Assembly (NCBI RefSeq): GCF_009914755.1
Contig: NC_060928.1
DNA: 64,000 nucleotides
From: the human T2T-CHM13v2.0 reference genome, Homo sapiens
Reading direction: 5' to 3' (one strand)
A program made the position numbers and the translations under genes. The notes below the pieces were generated by a model, which was not told the origin of the DNA, made no database searches, and saw nothing but the letters and a program-made list of their open reading frames with translations. This document shows, piece after piece, positions 44,380 through 57,754 of this stretch. Each line of letters starts with the position of its first letter. Position 1 is the first letter of the stretch.

Positions 44380-45320
44380 TAGGAGGGAAAAAACAAAGTT
44401 TTTTTTCTATTTTCTCACTTAACAATCAACACATCTGTGACCCCAGGTTTACCCACCAACACCCAATTCTACAGATGATTCTTTAGCACACACCAGCTGG
44501 TGTCCTCTAATTAAATTCAATTCCAACACTATCTATCTGGAGATAGCATCAGATCCTACAGGTTGAGGAATCAGTCCCACAAGACTGTCTCCCACTTCAG
44601 ATGCCAGTTGCAACCATTAGTTGTCTCCTGTACCTCTGGACAACTGTCTAAAAATTGAAATTCCTATTACCCCCTGCTTTGGTTCTATTACTTTTTAGAT
44701 TGGCTGACAGGATTCAGGGAAATACTTTCCTTATGTGTACCCCTTAATTATAAAGAATATTACAAAGAATATTCTGAACAGAAGGGGCACAGAGTTTCCA
44801 TGCCCTCTCCTGGCACATCACCCTCCAGAAATCTCCACATGTTCTGCTATCCAGAAGCCCTGCAAACCACTGTGCTGTTGGTCTGTTAAGGAAGTCTCAT
44901 CACGTAGGGATGATTAATTAAATCATTGGCCACTGATAATCAGTTTAACCTTCAGTTTGTCTTTCCTCCCCAGAGGTCACAGGTAGAACTAAGCTGCAAC
45001 CTTTTATTTATTTATTTTTATATAGATATATATTTTTATTATACTTTAAGTTCTAGGGTACATGTGCACAATGTGCAGGTTTGTTACATATGTATACATG
45101 TGCCATGTTGGTGTGCTGCGAGTTAATGGGTGAAACCTTTTAATCATGGGTGGTTCTATGGCAACCAGTCCCCATCCAGAGGCTATCTAGGTAACTCCAG
45201 CCACCACTAATCTCATTAGCATACAAGTGACACTCTTGTCACTCTTGAGATTCTAAAGGTTTTAGAGCGGTGTACCAGGAAATGGGGGGAAACACCAAAT
45301 ATACATTTCACAATATCACA
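44380..45320 (-). mobile_element. MER21-family LTR interrupted by a tiny L1
   Basis: 'ccagctggtgtcctctaatt..acactatctatctggagatagcatcagatcctacagg..cagtcccacaagactg..cacttcagatgcca', ending 'tttcacaatatcaca'. Confidence 0.7.
45007..45133 (-). mobile_element. Very short L1PA 3' end with a 13-14 bp 5' inversion
   Basis: 'ttatactttaagttctagggtacatgtgcac..ggtgtgctgc' followed by sense-strand 'gagttaatgggtg'; TSD aacctttta at 44998-45006 and 45134-45142. Confidence 0.92.
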
Positions 45321-45339
45321 AGTATTATGGGTAGTATTT

Positions 45340-45560
45340 GGGCTCTAGAATCATTGCAAACTTGTTTTCCATCTTGCCTTGCTATTTATTGCTTATGTGT
45401 TTTTTAGCAAGTTACTTTCCTCTCTATACTTCAGACAGTTTACCTAAGAAATGGCAATCGTAATTATAGATCTACTTCATAGAGTTGTAAAGAGTAAAAG
45501 TAATTTACATAAATTACTTAATACAATTACTGGAATATAATAATTGTTCAATAAATATTT
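45340..45560 (+). mobile_element. MIR SINE
   Basis: 'agcaagttactttcctctctatacttcag..ctacttcatagagttgt..caataaatattt'. Confidence 0.65.
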
Positions 45561-45874
45561 ATAAACATAAAAGGTAATGCAATGTCAGAATTATATATTT
45601 ATATTTACTTTAAAAATATAATCTTGGATGATAATAATTACAACTGTAACCAATTAAATTGGTATAATTCATAAACCAATCTTGTATAGAAAATGTTGTA
45701 ATCTTACTAAGCTTCTTCGTTTTCTAACTACAGAAGCAAGAACTTAACTTTTAACTTTGGAGCACTGACTTCATTTCTCTGAAGTCTTTTCCTTCTGGAT
45801 GATCATTCCCAGCTTTTTGTTTCAGTAAACTCTTTAAACTGGATTCTGATCCATCTGATTATCTCAGGGTGACA

Positions 45875-46520
45875 TCTTAAATCTCAAAGGTTTAATATAA
45901 GAAAGATTTATTTTCCAGTCACTCTGTAGTGTATCATAAGCAAAGGTCTCTGCTCCACAAAGTCACTCAGAGACATAAGATGATGGAGACTCTTCACCTT
46001 ATAGCACTACTAAATGGAGTATGAAGCTTTCCTGGTCCCCATAGCCAAGGAAGAGGGAAACTACAAATTGGAACGTAGCCTTTTCACTGCCTAGCTCGAG
46101 AAGTAATGTAGGTCATTTCTACTCCCAGCATTGGACAGAAGTAGTCATTTGGCCTTACCTAGCAACATGAGCCAAGGATATGTTGGGCATATGCCAACAT
46201 ATGGAATGTTTGGTGAGCATTACTATCTCTGCCACAGCTAATTATTCCTAAAATGGTTTCTGCCATAGCTTCATTTCAGCCAAAGGAAGTGGTAAAGAGG
46301 GAAGTGAAGAGTATTATCCATTCCTTCAAGGACAAGATATGGAAGGTGCCCATACACTTCTACTCACAATCCATAGGCTAAATTTAGTGAGGTGGCTATA
46401 CCTACCTGAAAAGAAAACTTTGGAAGATAGTCTTTATTCTCATGACTCTGCAACTTGGTAATATTTAAGAGTTATATGACTGAAGAAAAGAGAAAAAAAG
46501 GATATTAAAAGAAAAATTGC
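45875..46520 (-). mobile_element. Old MLT1 (I/J/K-like) LTR fragments
   Basis: 'ctctgctccacaaagtcactcag..gatgatggag..cattggacagaagtagtca..tctctgccaca'. Confidence 0.55.
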
Positions 46521-48136
46521 AGCCTCAGCTAAAAAAATTATTGAAAAAAATCACATAATTTCAGTTGAGGTCAGTTCATATTTAAGAAACATTTACATTC
46601 CTGGATTCTAATATAAAATAAAATTCAGAATTCAAAGCAATTTTTAAGCAGTTCCTTTGTATCACAAAATAATTCTTTAGAAGTCAAGTCAATCTACTGA
46701 ACTATTGAAATATCATCTTTCCTCCTACTCAACAAGAATTTCTTCCAAATTACATAGGCAGCCTAAAAGCTTTTAATGACAAGAAATCTTAGAGTATGTC
46801 AGTGAACTAAGGTTGAATACAGATGAAAGAAAAAAGAAACACAGATTTATGGTTCATGATTTATCTTTCTTTGCAGTAACATGAAGAGAAACAAGTCATC
46901 CATTAACATTGTTCAGTAAAGCTTTGATGTTTTCTTTTCTCTCCGAAGAAGGGCCCAGTTCTTTAAAGATGCAGGTTTGACAGTTCCAAGCACTAATGTT
47001 CCAGTCCTGTAATTATATCAAAATCAATTTAAGGGAGAAAATTGTTATTTTTTTCTTCTTTTCGACATTACTTCTCAAAAAACAAGACAGGCATTGTCAA
47101 AAGCTCTTTTTCCATTTGAAATTCATTCTTAGATATTATTTAAAGTTTTTTTAAAAAGTTATCATTGGCCACCTAAGGATTGAATGGAAGCTAATTGGTA
47201 GAAATTATATCATTATGGTGACCCTTATAATCTTAAAGAGTATTTCAGGCAGTATTTCCTTCAGTGAATCTACCTGGCTATCAAATAGAGCTATTCTTTT
47301 CCTGGTATAGATAACCTTCTTGCAGAGTGATTTGCAGTAGACTGGTTTCCTTCAGAGAATGCTACCTATCTTCAGAGAATGCATAGATTAGAATATGTGC
47401 TACTTAACAGATGTGTTATGATTCTAAGTCAAAGTCCAGAAACAGAAAATTAGTACCGTTTGTGTTTGTCCCCAGCTTATGTGACTTACCAGGTTTTCTC
47501 AGCTATTAATTTCTTCTCTGTTTGTGATGAACCTCCAATATTGCATGACATTATTTTCATTCATGTAGGTTTGATCTTCCTGAGTAGAAGGATCCTTTAG
47601 CTGTGATGTCACCTTGTTGTGAACCCATGTCTTAATGATAATCTACCTGCTTGTCCAGCCAGAACCTCAAGCTGGGGCTCCTAATCCACAGTGGTGTACA
47701 CTGACTTAAATGGACAACAGTTTCACCTCACATCTTTAGCTAAACAATTTGCCTTCTGCATTGGGTTTTCCGGTTGCTTCTGAGATGCAAGGCACCCCTG
47801 AACCTTTTAGATGGCTGCCTCTGCTACTTTGAGATCAGCTTTCCCAGAAGGTCCCCAGTAAGAACAGATGGCAAAACTTAGAGCTCAGGGTATAAAGAGC
47901 TCTTTGGAGTGAACTTGGCCAGTGGGAGATGGAAAAGAGAAAAACTGTTTGCAACACAGTGGTTCTTTCAGAAAATGTCCCTCACACTGAATAATTGGCT
48001 ATGCATGTTATGTGGCTGTAGCTAGCTCAGAAACACACCCCTCTGTTGTGAACGTTTCCTCTATTTTTACTTAGTTCATTTTCCCTTCCATTTTTTTTTG
48101 AGATTTGCTCACCCATAAAATGTTATTATTTAAGTT

Positions 48137-48244
48137 TTCACTCTTGACTCTGTTTTTACAAAACCTAAGTTAAGACAACCATAACTTAAATTCACTTTTG
48201 ACTCTGTTTTTACAAAACCTAAGTTAAGACAACCATAACTTAAA
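48137..48244. repeat. 54-bp tandem duplication with one mismatch
   Basis: 'ttcact(c/t)ttgactctgtttttacaaaacctaagttaagacaaccataacttaaa' at 48137 and 48191. Confidence 0.97.
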
Positions 48245-48851
48245 TACACTTAATTTACTTATTTTCAATTGATACATTGTAATTATATATATTTATGGTG
48301 TACAATTCAATGTTTTGATACATATCTATGTAGTATAATGTTTCGATCAGGATAGTGTATCCATTGTCTCATACATTTATGATTTCTTTCAGGTGAGAGC
48401 CTTCGAATGCTGATCTTGAAATACATAATATTTTACTATTAACCATAGTCACCCTACTGCATGTAGAATATTAGAATTTATTCCTCCTATCTAATTGTAA
48501 CTTTGTACCTATTGGCCAACCTCTGGTAAACGTGGGCTTCATTGTCTTATTCCTAAGTTTAGAAAAAAATTATCTTTTTCCATTCCTAGTATGCTATTAC
48601 CTGTGTGTTTGTCACATTTGGCCTTCATTTTGCTAAGGTACATACTTTCTATAGCTAATTTGTTGAGAGTTTTTAATCACGAAGGGATGTTGAATTTTTA
48701 GAAATGCCTTTTCTTTTCTGGATCTATTGAAATGATTATAGTTTTTGTCTCTCTTTCTGTTAATGTGGTATATCACATTTATTGATTTGTATCTGTTAAA
48801 ACTTCTTTGCATCCCTTGAATGAATCTCAGTTGATCATAGTGAATGTTTTT

Positions 48852-51800
48852 ATATACATAAGTATATATAATAAATATTTAATAAAAATAAATGTAATAT
48901 TTATTATTTGTATTTGTGTATTTGTATTATTTTTTAAACATTTATTTTAAGTTCAGGGGTACAGGTACAGGTTTGTTACTTAGGTAAATCTGTGTCTTGG
49001 GGGTCTGTTTTAGACATTATTTCATCACCCAGGTATTAAGCCTAATACCTATTAGTTATTTTTCCTGATCTTTTCTCTCCTCTGAACTCCACCCTCCAAT
49101 AGGCTTCAGTGTGGGTTGTTCTGGTCTATGTGTCCATACGTTTTCATCATTTAGCTCCCACTTATAAGAGAACATGGAGCACTTACTATTCTGTTCCTGC
49201 GTTACTTTGCTAAAGATAATGGCCTCCGGCTTCATTCATGTCCCTGCAAAGGACATAATCTCATTCTGTTATATGACTGCATAGTATTTCATGGTGTATA
49301 TGTACCACATTTTATTTATCAAGTCTATCATTGATGGGCATTTAGGTCGATTCCATGTCTTTGCTATTGTGAATAGTGCTGCAATAAACATACATATGCA
49401 TTTGTCTTTAAAACAGAACAATTTATATTCCTTTGGGTATATACACAGTAATGAGATTGCTGGGTTGAATGCTATTTCTGTCTTTAGGTCTTTGATGAAT
49501 TGTCACACTGTCTTCCACAATGGCTGTACTAATTTATACTTCCATCAACAGTGTATAAGCACTCCTTTTTCTCCACAACCTTACCAGCATGTTATTTTTT
49601 GACTTTTTAAATAATAGCCATTCTGATTGGTGTGAGATGGTATCTCACTGTAGTTTTGACTTACATTTCACTAATGATCAGTGATGTTGAGCTTTTTTTC
49701 ATGTGCTTATCGGCCACATGTATGCCTGCTTTTGAAAATGTCTGTTCATGTCCTTTGCCCACTTTTTAATGGGGTTGTTTTTTCTTGCCAATTTGTTTAA
49801 GTCCCTTACAGATGTGCATATTAGACCTTTTTCAGATGGATAGTTTGCAAAAATTTTCCCCCATTTTGTAGGTTGTCTGTTAATAGTTTCTTCTGCTGTG
49901 CAGAAGCTTTTTTGTTTAATTAGATCCCATTTGTCAATTTTTGCTTTTGTTGCAATTGTTTTTGGTGTCTATATTAGTCTGATTCCATATTGCTGATAAA
50001 GACATACCAGAGACTGGGAAGAAAAAGAGGTTTAATTGAACTTACAGTTCCACATGGCTTGGGAAGCCTCAGAATCATGGCGAGAGGTGAAAGGCACTTC
50101 TTATGAGGTGGTGGCAAGAGAAAATGAGGAAGATGCAAAAGCAGAAACACCTGATATAACCATTAAATCTCATGAGACTTATTCACTACCATGAGAACAG
50201 TATGGTGGAAACCACCCCCATGGTAGATTCAAATTATCTCCCACTAGGCCCCTCTGACAAGATGTGGGAATTACGAGAGTACATTTCAAGATAAGATGGG
50301 GACACAGAGCAAAATCATATCATTCAGCCCCTGGCAACTCCAAGTATCATGTCCTCACATTTCAAAACCAATCAGGCCTTTCCAACAGTCCCCCAAAATC
50401 TTAACTCATTTCAGCATTAATCCAAAAGTCCACAGTGCAAAGTCTCATCTGAGACAAGGCAAGTTCCTTTTGCCTATGAGCCTGTGAAATCAAAAGCAAG
50501 CTAGTAACTTCCTAGGTACAATGGGGCAACAGGTCTTGGGTAAACACAGCCATTCTAAATGGGGTAAATTGGCCAAAACAAGGGGGTTACAGGACCCATG
50601 CAAATATGAAATTCAGCAGGGCAGTCAAATTTGAAAGCTTCAAAATGATTTCCTTTGATTCCAGGTCTCACATCCAGGTCATGCTGATGCAAGAGGTGGG
50701 TTCCCATGGTCTTTGGCAGCTCCACACCTGTGGCTTTGCAAGGCACAGCCTCCCTCACAGCTGCTTTCATGGGCTGGCACTGAGGGTCTGTGGCTTTTCC
50801 AGGCAATCCATGAAAGCTGTTGGTGGATCTACCATTCTGGGGTCTGCAGGACAGTAGCCCTCTTCTCATAGCTCCACTAAGCAGTGCCCCAGTAAGGACT
50901 TTGTGTGGCAGCTCTGACCCCACATTTCCCTTCTGCACTGCACTAGCAGAGGTTCTCTATGAGTGCCCCACCCCTGCAGCAAACTTCTGCCTGGGCATCC
51001 AGGTATTTGTATACATCTTCTGAAATCTAGGCAGAGGTTCTCAAACCCCAGTTCTTTACTTCTGCATACTCTCAGGCTCAACACCAGGTGGAAGCTGCCA
51101 AGGTTTGGGGATTGTACCCTCTGAAGCCATGGCCCATGTGCTATGTTGGCCCCTTTCAGCCACAGCTGGAGCAGCTGGGATGGAGGTCACCAAGTCTCTA
51201 CACTGCACACAGCATAGGGACCCTGGGCCCTGCCCAGAAAACCATTTCCTCCTAGGCCTCCAGGCCTGTGACTGGAGCGGCTGCCATGAAGACCCCTAAC
51301 ATGGCTTGGAGATATTTTCCCCATTTTCTTGGGGATTGACATTCAGCTCCTCATTATTTATGTAAATTTCTGCAACTGGCTTGAATTTCTTCTTGGAAAA
51401 TTGGTTTTTCTTTTCTATCACATTGTCAGGCTGCACATTTTCTGAACTTTTATGCTCCGCTTCCCTTATAAAACTGCATCCAAGTCACCTCTTGAATGCT
51501 TTGCTGCTTAGAAATTTATTCTGCCAGATACCCTAAATCATCTCTCTCAAGTTCAAAGTTCCACAAATCTCTAGGACACAGGCAAAATGCCACCAGTCTC
51601 TTTGCTAAAACATAACAAGAGTCACCTTCACTCCAGTTCCCAACAAATTCCTCATCTCCTTCTGAGACCACCTCAGCCAGGACCTTATTGTCCATATTGC
51701 TATCAGTCTTTTGGTCAAAGCTATTCAACAAGTCTCTAGGAAATTCCAAACTTTCCCACATTTTTCCTGTCTTCTTATGAGCCCTCCAAACTATTCCAAC

Positions 51801-54800
51801 TTCTGCCTGTTACCCAGTTCCAAAGTTACTTCCACATTTTGGGGTATATTTTCAGCAATGCCCCACTCTACTGGTACCAATTTACTATATTAGTCCATTT
51901 TCATGCTGCTGATAAAGACATACCTGAGACAGGAAAGAAAAAGAATTTAATTGGACTTACAGTTCCACATGGCTGGGGATGCCTCAGAATCATGGCAGGA
52001 GGTGAAAGGCACTTTCCTACATGGTGGCTGCAAGAGCAAATGAGAAAGATGCAAAAGCAGAAACCCCTGATAAAACCATCAGAACTCATGAGACTTATTT
52101 GCTACCACAAGAACAGTATGTGGGAAACTGCTTCCATGATTCAAATTATCTCCCACTGGGTTCCTCCCACAAGACATGGGAATCATAGGAGTATAATTCA
52201 AGATAAGATTTGGGTGGGGACATAGAACCAAACCATATCAGTGTCTTTGTCATGAAATCTTTACCCATGCCTATGTCCCTAATGGTATTACCTAGGTTGT
52301 CTTCCAGGGTTTTTATAGTTGTGGGTTTGACACTTAAGCCTTTAATCCATCTTGAGTCAATTTTTGTATATGGTGTAAAAAAGGAGTCCAGTTTCAATCT
52401 TCCGCATGTGGTTAGCCAGTTATCCCAACACCATTTATTGATTAGGGAATCCTTTCCCCACTGCTTGTTTTTATCAGCTTTGTCTAAGATCAGATAGTTG
52501 TAAGTGTGTGGTCTTATTTCTGGGTTTTCTGTTCTCTTCCATTGGTCTATTTGTCTTTTGTACCAGTACCCTGCTGTTTTGGTTACTACCGCCCTGTTTT
52601 ATAGTTTGAAGTCAGGTAACATGATGCTTCCAGCTTTGTTCATTTTGCTTAGAGTTGCCTTGGCTATTCAGGCTCATTTTTGGTTCCATATGAACTTTAA
52701 AATAGTTTTTTCTAGTTCTGTGAATAATCTCAATGGTAGTTTAATAGGAATAGCATTGCATCTGTAAATTGCTTTGGGCCCCATGGCCATTTTTAAATAT
52801 ATTGATTCTTTCTATTCATGAGCATGGAATGTTTTTCCATTTGTTTGTGTCTTCTCTGATTTCTTTGAGCAGTGTTTCATAATTCTCTTTGTAGAGTTGC
52901 TTCATTTCCCTGGTTAACTCTATCCCTAGGTATTTTATGGGATTGCACTCCAGATTTGGCTGTCAGCTTAACTGTTGTTGGTATATAGGAATGTTCATCA
53001 TTTTCATATATTGACTTTGTATCCTGATAAATTTCTAAAGTTGTTTATCAGCTTAAGGAGTTTTTGGGCTGAGACTATGGGGTTTTCTACATATATAATC
53101 ATATCATCTGCTAACAGGAATAGTTTGACTTTCTCTCTTCTTATTTGGATGGTCTTTATTTCTTTCTCTTGCTTGATTGCCCTGGCCAGGACTTCCTATA
53201 CTGTGTTGATTAGGAGTGGTGAGAGAGGGCATCCCTGTCTTGCTCTGGTTTTTAAGAGGAGTTCTTACAGCTTTTGCTCATTCAGTATGATGATGGCTGT
53301 GCATTTTTCATATATAGCTCTTACTATTTTGAGATATGTTCTTTCAATACCTAGTTTATTGAGAGACTTTACGTGAGTGAGTGTTGAATGTTATCAAAAG
53401 CCTTTTCTGCATCTATGGAGATAATCAAGTGAGTTTTGTCTTTAGTTCTGTTTATGTGATAAACCAAATTAATTGATTTGCACATGTTGAAGCAACCTTG
53501 CATCCCAGGGATAAAGCCTACTTGATCATAATGGACAAGCTTTTTGATGTGCTGCTGGATTCAGTTTGACAGTATTTTCTTGAGGATTTTTGCATCAATA
53601 TTCATCAAGGATACTGATGTAAAGTTTTCTTTTCTTGTTGTATGTCTACCAGATTTTTGTAACAGGATGATGTTGGCCTCATAGAATGACTTATGGAGAA
53701 GTCCCTCCTCCTCAGTTTTTTGGAATAGTTTCAGTAGGAAGGGTACCAGCTGTTCTTTGAGCATCTGGTAAAATTCAGCGATGAATCCATCTGGACTTAG
53801 GATTTACTTTCTCTTTTCTTTTATTTATTTATTTATTTATTTGGTTCATTGGCTATTTATTACTGCCTCAGTTTCAGAGCTTATTATTGGTCTGTTCAGG
53901 AATTCAACTTCTTCCTTGTTCAAGTTTGGGAGGGTGTATATATCCAGGAATTTATCAATTTGTTCTAGATTTTCTAGTTTATGTGCAAAGAGGTGTTCAT
54001 AATAGTCTCTGATGATTGTTTGTATTTCTGTGGAGACAGTGGAAATATCCCCCTTGTTATTTCTGATTATGCTTATGTGAATCTTCTATCTTTTCTTCTT
54101 TATTAGTCTAGCTAGCAGTCTATCTACTTGTTTTAATTTTTCAAAAATACCTGCTCCTGTACTCATTGATCTTTTGAACGGTTTTTCATGTCTCAGTCTC
54201 CTTCAGTTCAGCTCTGATTTTGGTTATTTTTTTTCTTCTGCTAGCTTTGGCATGTGTTTGCCTTTGGTTCTCTAGTTCTTTTAGTTGTGATGGTAGCTTG
54301 TTTACCTGTGAGCTTTCTAACTTTTTGAAGTGAGCAGTTAGTGCCTTAAATTTCCCTCTTAACACTACCTTACCTGTTCCCAGAGTTTTTACTATGTTGT
54401 ATCTATTTTCTCAATAGTTTAAAATAACTTCTTAATTTCTGCCTTAATGTCCTTATTTATCCAAAAGTAATTCAGGGGCAGTTTATTCAATTTTCATGTA
54501 ACTTTATGGTTTTGAGTGAATTTCTTAGTCTTTCTTTATATTTAATTTGATTGATTGTGTTGTGGTCTGTGGGACTCTTATGATTTCAGTTCTTTTGCAT
54601 TTGTTGAGGAGTGTTTTGCTTCCAATTATGTGATGGATTTTAGACTATGTGCCATGTGACAATGGGAAGAATGTATATTCTGTTGTTTTGGGATGGAGAG
54701 TTCCATAGATATCTGTCAGGGCCATTTGATCAATTGCTGAATTCAGGTCCTGGATATCTTTGTTAATTTTCTGTCTCAATGATCTGGGCTTCACATCAGC

Positions 54801-55155
54801 TGGTGTGCGGCTCCACTGCTTCTCTAAGCAGCTCTGCCTGCCACTTCAAGTGTCTGTGATGGTTGAGGGGACCCTCCATCCAGGAATCCAGAGGCCCATG
54901 GTGAAAGCAGGTTGCTCCTTGCCAGTTTAACTCACCCATTCCCCCAGAGCTGCTATGGTTAAAAAATAAGTCTCAGTACTCATTAGCCCTTGCAGATTTC
55001 CCAGCTTTTTCCCCATTCAGCCCAGCTTCTGTGCCTTCCTTCCATCCACTATCAGCTTCTCTCTGAAGATCCATCAGAAGCACACCAGTCGTCTCAGGCC
55101 CTTGGTGGGAGCTATTCCACTTAGCTGTGTCCAGTCAGCCACCTCACCCTCCCCC
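48852..55155 (-). mobile_element. L1PA (about PA11-13-like) element split by THE1, with a 5'UTR-like segment joined directly to ORF2
   Basis: 3'UTR 'ttttaagttcaggggtacagg..atttcatcacccaggtattaagcc'; ORF2 relics 52146..52397(-) and 53561..53764(-); GC-richer 5'UTR-like block 54787-55155. Confidence 0.88.
49970..52240 (-). mobile_element. Complete THE1 (THE1C-like) MaLR provirus: LTR 49970-50322, internal 50323-51885, LTR 51886-52240
   Basis: Two related LTRs of about 355 bp ('gataaagacatacc..gaaaaag..ttacagttccacatggct..catatca'), MaLR internal ORF relics, perfect 5-bp TSD gtgtc at 49965-49969 and 52241-52245. Confidence 0.96.
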
Positions 55156-55160
55156 AACTG

Positions 55161-55466
55161 ATTTTTTTGTTTGCTTGTTTTTTTGGGAACAGGATCTTAC
55201 CCTGTCACCCAGGCTGGAGTGCAGTGGCATAATCATGGCTCACTGCAGCCATGATCTCCTGGACTAAAGGAATCCTCCCACATCAGCCTCCCAAGAAGCT
55301 GGGACCGCAGGTGTGCACTAGCATACCCAGCTAATTTTGTTCATTTTTGTAGAGATGAGGCTTCACTGTGTTGTCCAGACTGGTCTTGAATTCCTGGGCT
55401 CAGGCAATCCTTCTGCCTCAGCCTACCAATGTGCTAGGATTACAGAAATGAGCCACTGCGCCCGGC
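55161..55466 (-). mobile_element. AluJ
   Basis: 'aatcatggctcactgcagcc..aatcctcccacatcagcc..gagccactgcgcccggc'. Confidence 0.93.
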
Positions 55467-56319
55467 AGTGAATAATATTTTTAACGTGCTGTTGGATTTA
55501 GTTTGCTAGAATCTTATTGAGAGTCTTTGCATCTATATTTATCCATGATATTATCCTGTAGTTTTTTTGGTGTTGTTATGTTTTTCTCTGGTTTTGGAAT
55601 CAGGGTAATGCTAGCCTTATAAAATAAATTTAGAATTATTCTCTCCTATTCAATTTTCTGTAATACTTAGAGGAAAATTCGTATTAATTATTCTTTAAAT
55701 GTTTGTTAGAATGCAGCAGGGAAGTCATTAGGCCCTGTGCTTTTCTTTGATGGAAGACTTTGTATTACTGATGCAATTTCCTTACTCCTTATTGGTGTGT
55801 TCAGATTTTCTATTTCTTCATAATTTAATCTTGGTAGATTGTATATGTTCTGATATTTATTCATTTCTTCTCTGTTATCAAATTTGTTGGCATATAGTTG
55901 TTTATAATAGTCTTTTATGATCCTTTGTGTTTTTATGGTCTCAGCTGTAATGTCACCTTTTTCAAATCTAATTTTACTTATTTGAGGCTTTGCTCTTTTT
56001 TCCTAGTAAGTCTAGCTAAACATTTATTGACTTATCTTTTTTAAAACACTAACTCTTTGTTTCATTAATCTTTTAAAATATTTTGTCCTCTATTTTATTT
56101 CTTCTTTGAGCTTTATTGTTTTTTTTTTCCTTTACCAATTTTGGGTATAGTTTGTTCTTGTTTTTCTAGTTCCTTGAAGCACATTGTTAGGTTGTTTGCT
56201 AGAAAGCTTTCCTTTTGTTTAATGTAGGTGTTTACTGCCATAAACTTTCCTCTTAGAATGGCTTTTGTTATGTCCCCTAGATTTTGGCAAAATGTGTTTC
56301 CATTCTCATTTTTCGCAAT

Positions 56320-56698
56320 AATTTTTTTATTATATTTCAAACTTTGATTTTAGATTCAGGGAGTACATGTGAAGATTTGTTACATAGGTATATTGTGTGA
56401 TGCTGTGGTTTGAGGTATGAATGAACCTGTCTCCCAGGCAGTAAGTATCATATCCAATAGTTAATTTTTCAGCCCTTGCCCCAGTCTCTCTCTGCCCCCT
56501 CTAGTAGGCCCCAAAGTCTATTGTTGCCATTTTTATGTCCATATGTACACAATCTTTAATTCCCTGTTATAAGTGAGAACACTCAGTATTTGGTTTTCTG
56601 TTCCTGCCTTATTTTAGTTAGAATAATGACCTCTAGCTACATGCATTTCACTGCAAAAGGTATAATATTATTGATTTTTATGCTCTGTTGTATTCCAT
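56320..56698 (-). mobile_element. L1PA15/16-like 3' end inserted into the L1MA
   Basis: 'ttttagattcagggagtacatgtg..tatattgtgtgatgctg.ggtttg..ttataagtgagaaca'. Confidence 0.8.
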
Positions 56699-57335
56699 CT
56701 AAAGGAAAATTTTAATTTCTGTCATATTCATTGATCTATTGGTTGTTTAGAAGAGTGTTGTTTAATTTTCATATATTTGTAAAATGTCTGAAGTTATTCT
56801 TGTTGATTTCTAGTTGCATACTATTGTGGTCAGAAAGATATTTGATATAATCTGTATCTTCTTAAATTTTTTAAGACTTGTTTTATAGCCTAACGTGATC
56901 TATTTTGGAAATTGTTTCATGTGAGGTTGTGTAGAACATGTATTCTGCAGTTATTCAATGGAATGTACTGTATATGTCTGTAAGATCCATTTGGTCTATG
57001 GTCCAGTTTACATCTGATGTTTCTGTGTTGAATTTTGTGGGAATTTCTGTCCATTATTGAAAGTGAATTGTTTGAGCCTCCTCCTATTACTGTAATGCAG
57101 TCTATCTCCCACTTTGGGGCTACTAATATTTTCTTTCTATTTCTGGGTACTCAGGTGTTTGGTGTATATATATTTGCAATTGTTATATTTTCTTGTTGAA
57201 TTGATTCCTTTATCATTATATATTATCTTTTTGTATTTTTTACATTTTTTAATTTAATATCTATTTTATCTGATCTAAGTATGACTGCTCCTGCTTGCTT
57301 TGGGTTTCTATTTTCATGGGATATCTTTTTACATT

Positions 57336-57754
57336 TGATATAGTTTGGATATTTGTCCCTTCCAAATCTCATGTTGAAATGTGATCTCCAGTGTTGGAGC
57401 TGGGGCCTGTTACAAGGTCTTTGGGTCATGAGGGGAATTCTTCATGAATGTTTTGACGTCATCCTGTTGGAGATGAGTGAGTACTCACTCCATTAATTCA
57501 TAAGAGAGCTAGTTGTTTAAGAGGAAATGTTGCCTCCTTTCCTTTCTCTTGCTCCCTCTCTTACCATGTGACATGCCTGCTCTCCCCTTGCCTTTTGTCA
57601 TAATTTTAAGCTTCCTGGGGCTCTCACCAGAAACAGAGTCTGGCACCATGCTTCTTGTTGTCTGCAGAACCATGAGGCAAAATTAATCCCTTTTTATGAA
57701 TACATTACCCAGTCTCAGGTATTTGTTTGTAGCAATGCAAAAAGAACTAATACA
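57336..57754 (+). mobile_element. MST (MSTB-like) solo LTR
   Basis: 'tgatatagtttggatatttgtcccttccaaatctcatgttgaaatgtgatc..gcaatgcaaaaagaactaataca'. Confidence 0.9.

Noticed and set aside
50296-52225. Cluster of overlapping ORFs
   Set aside because: Decayed THE1 internal and LTR sequence with stops and frameshifts
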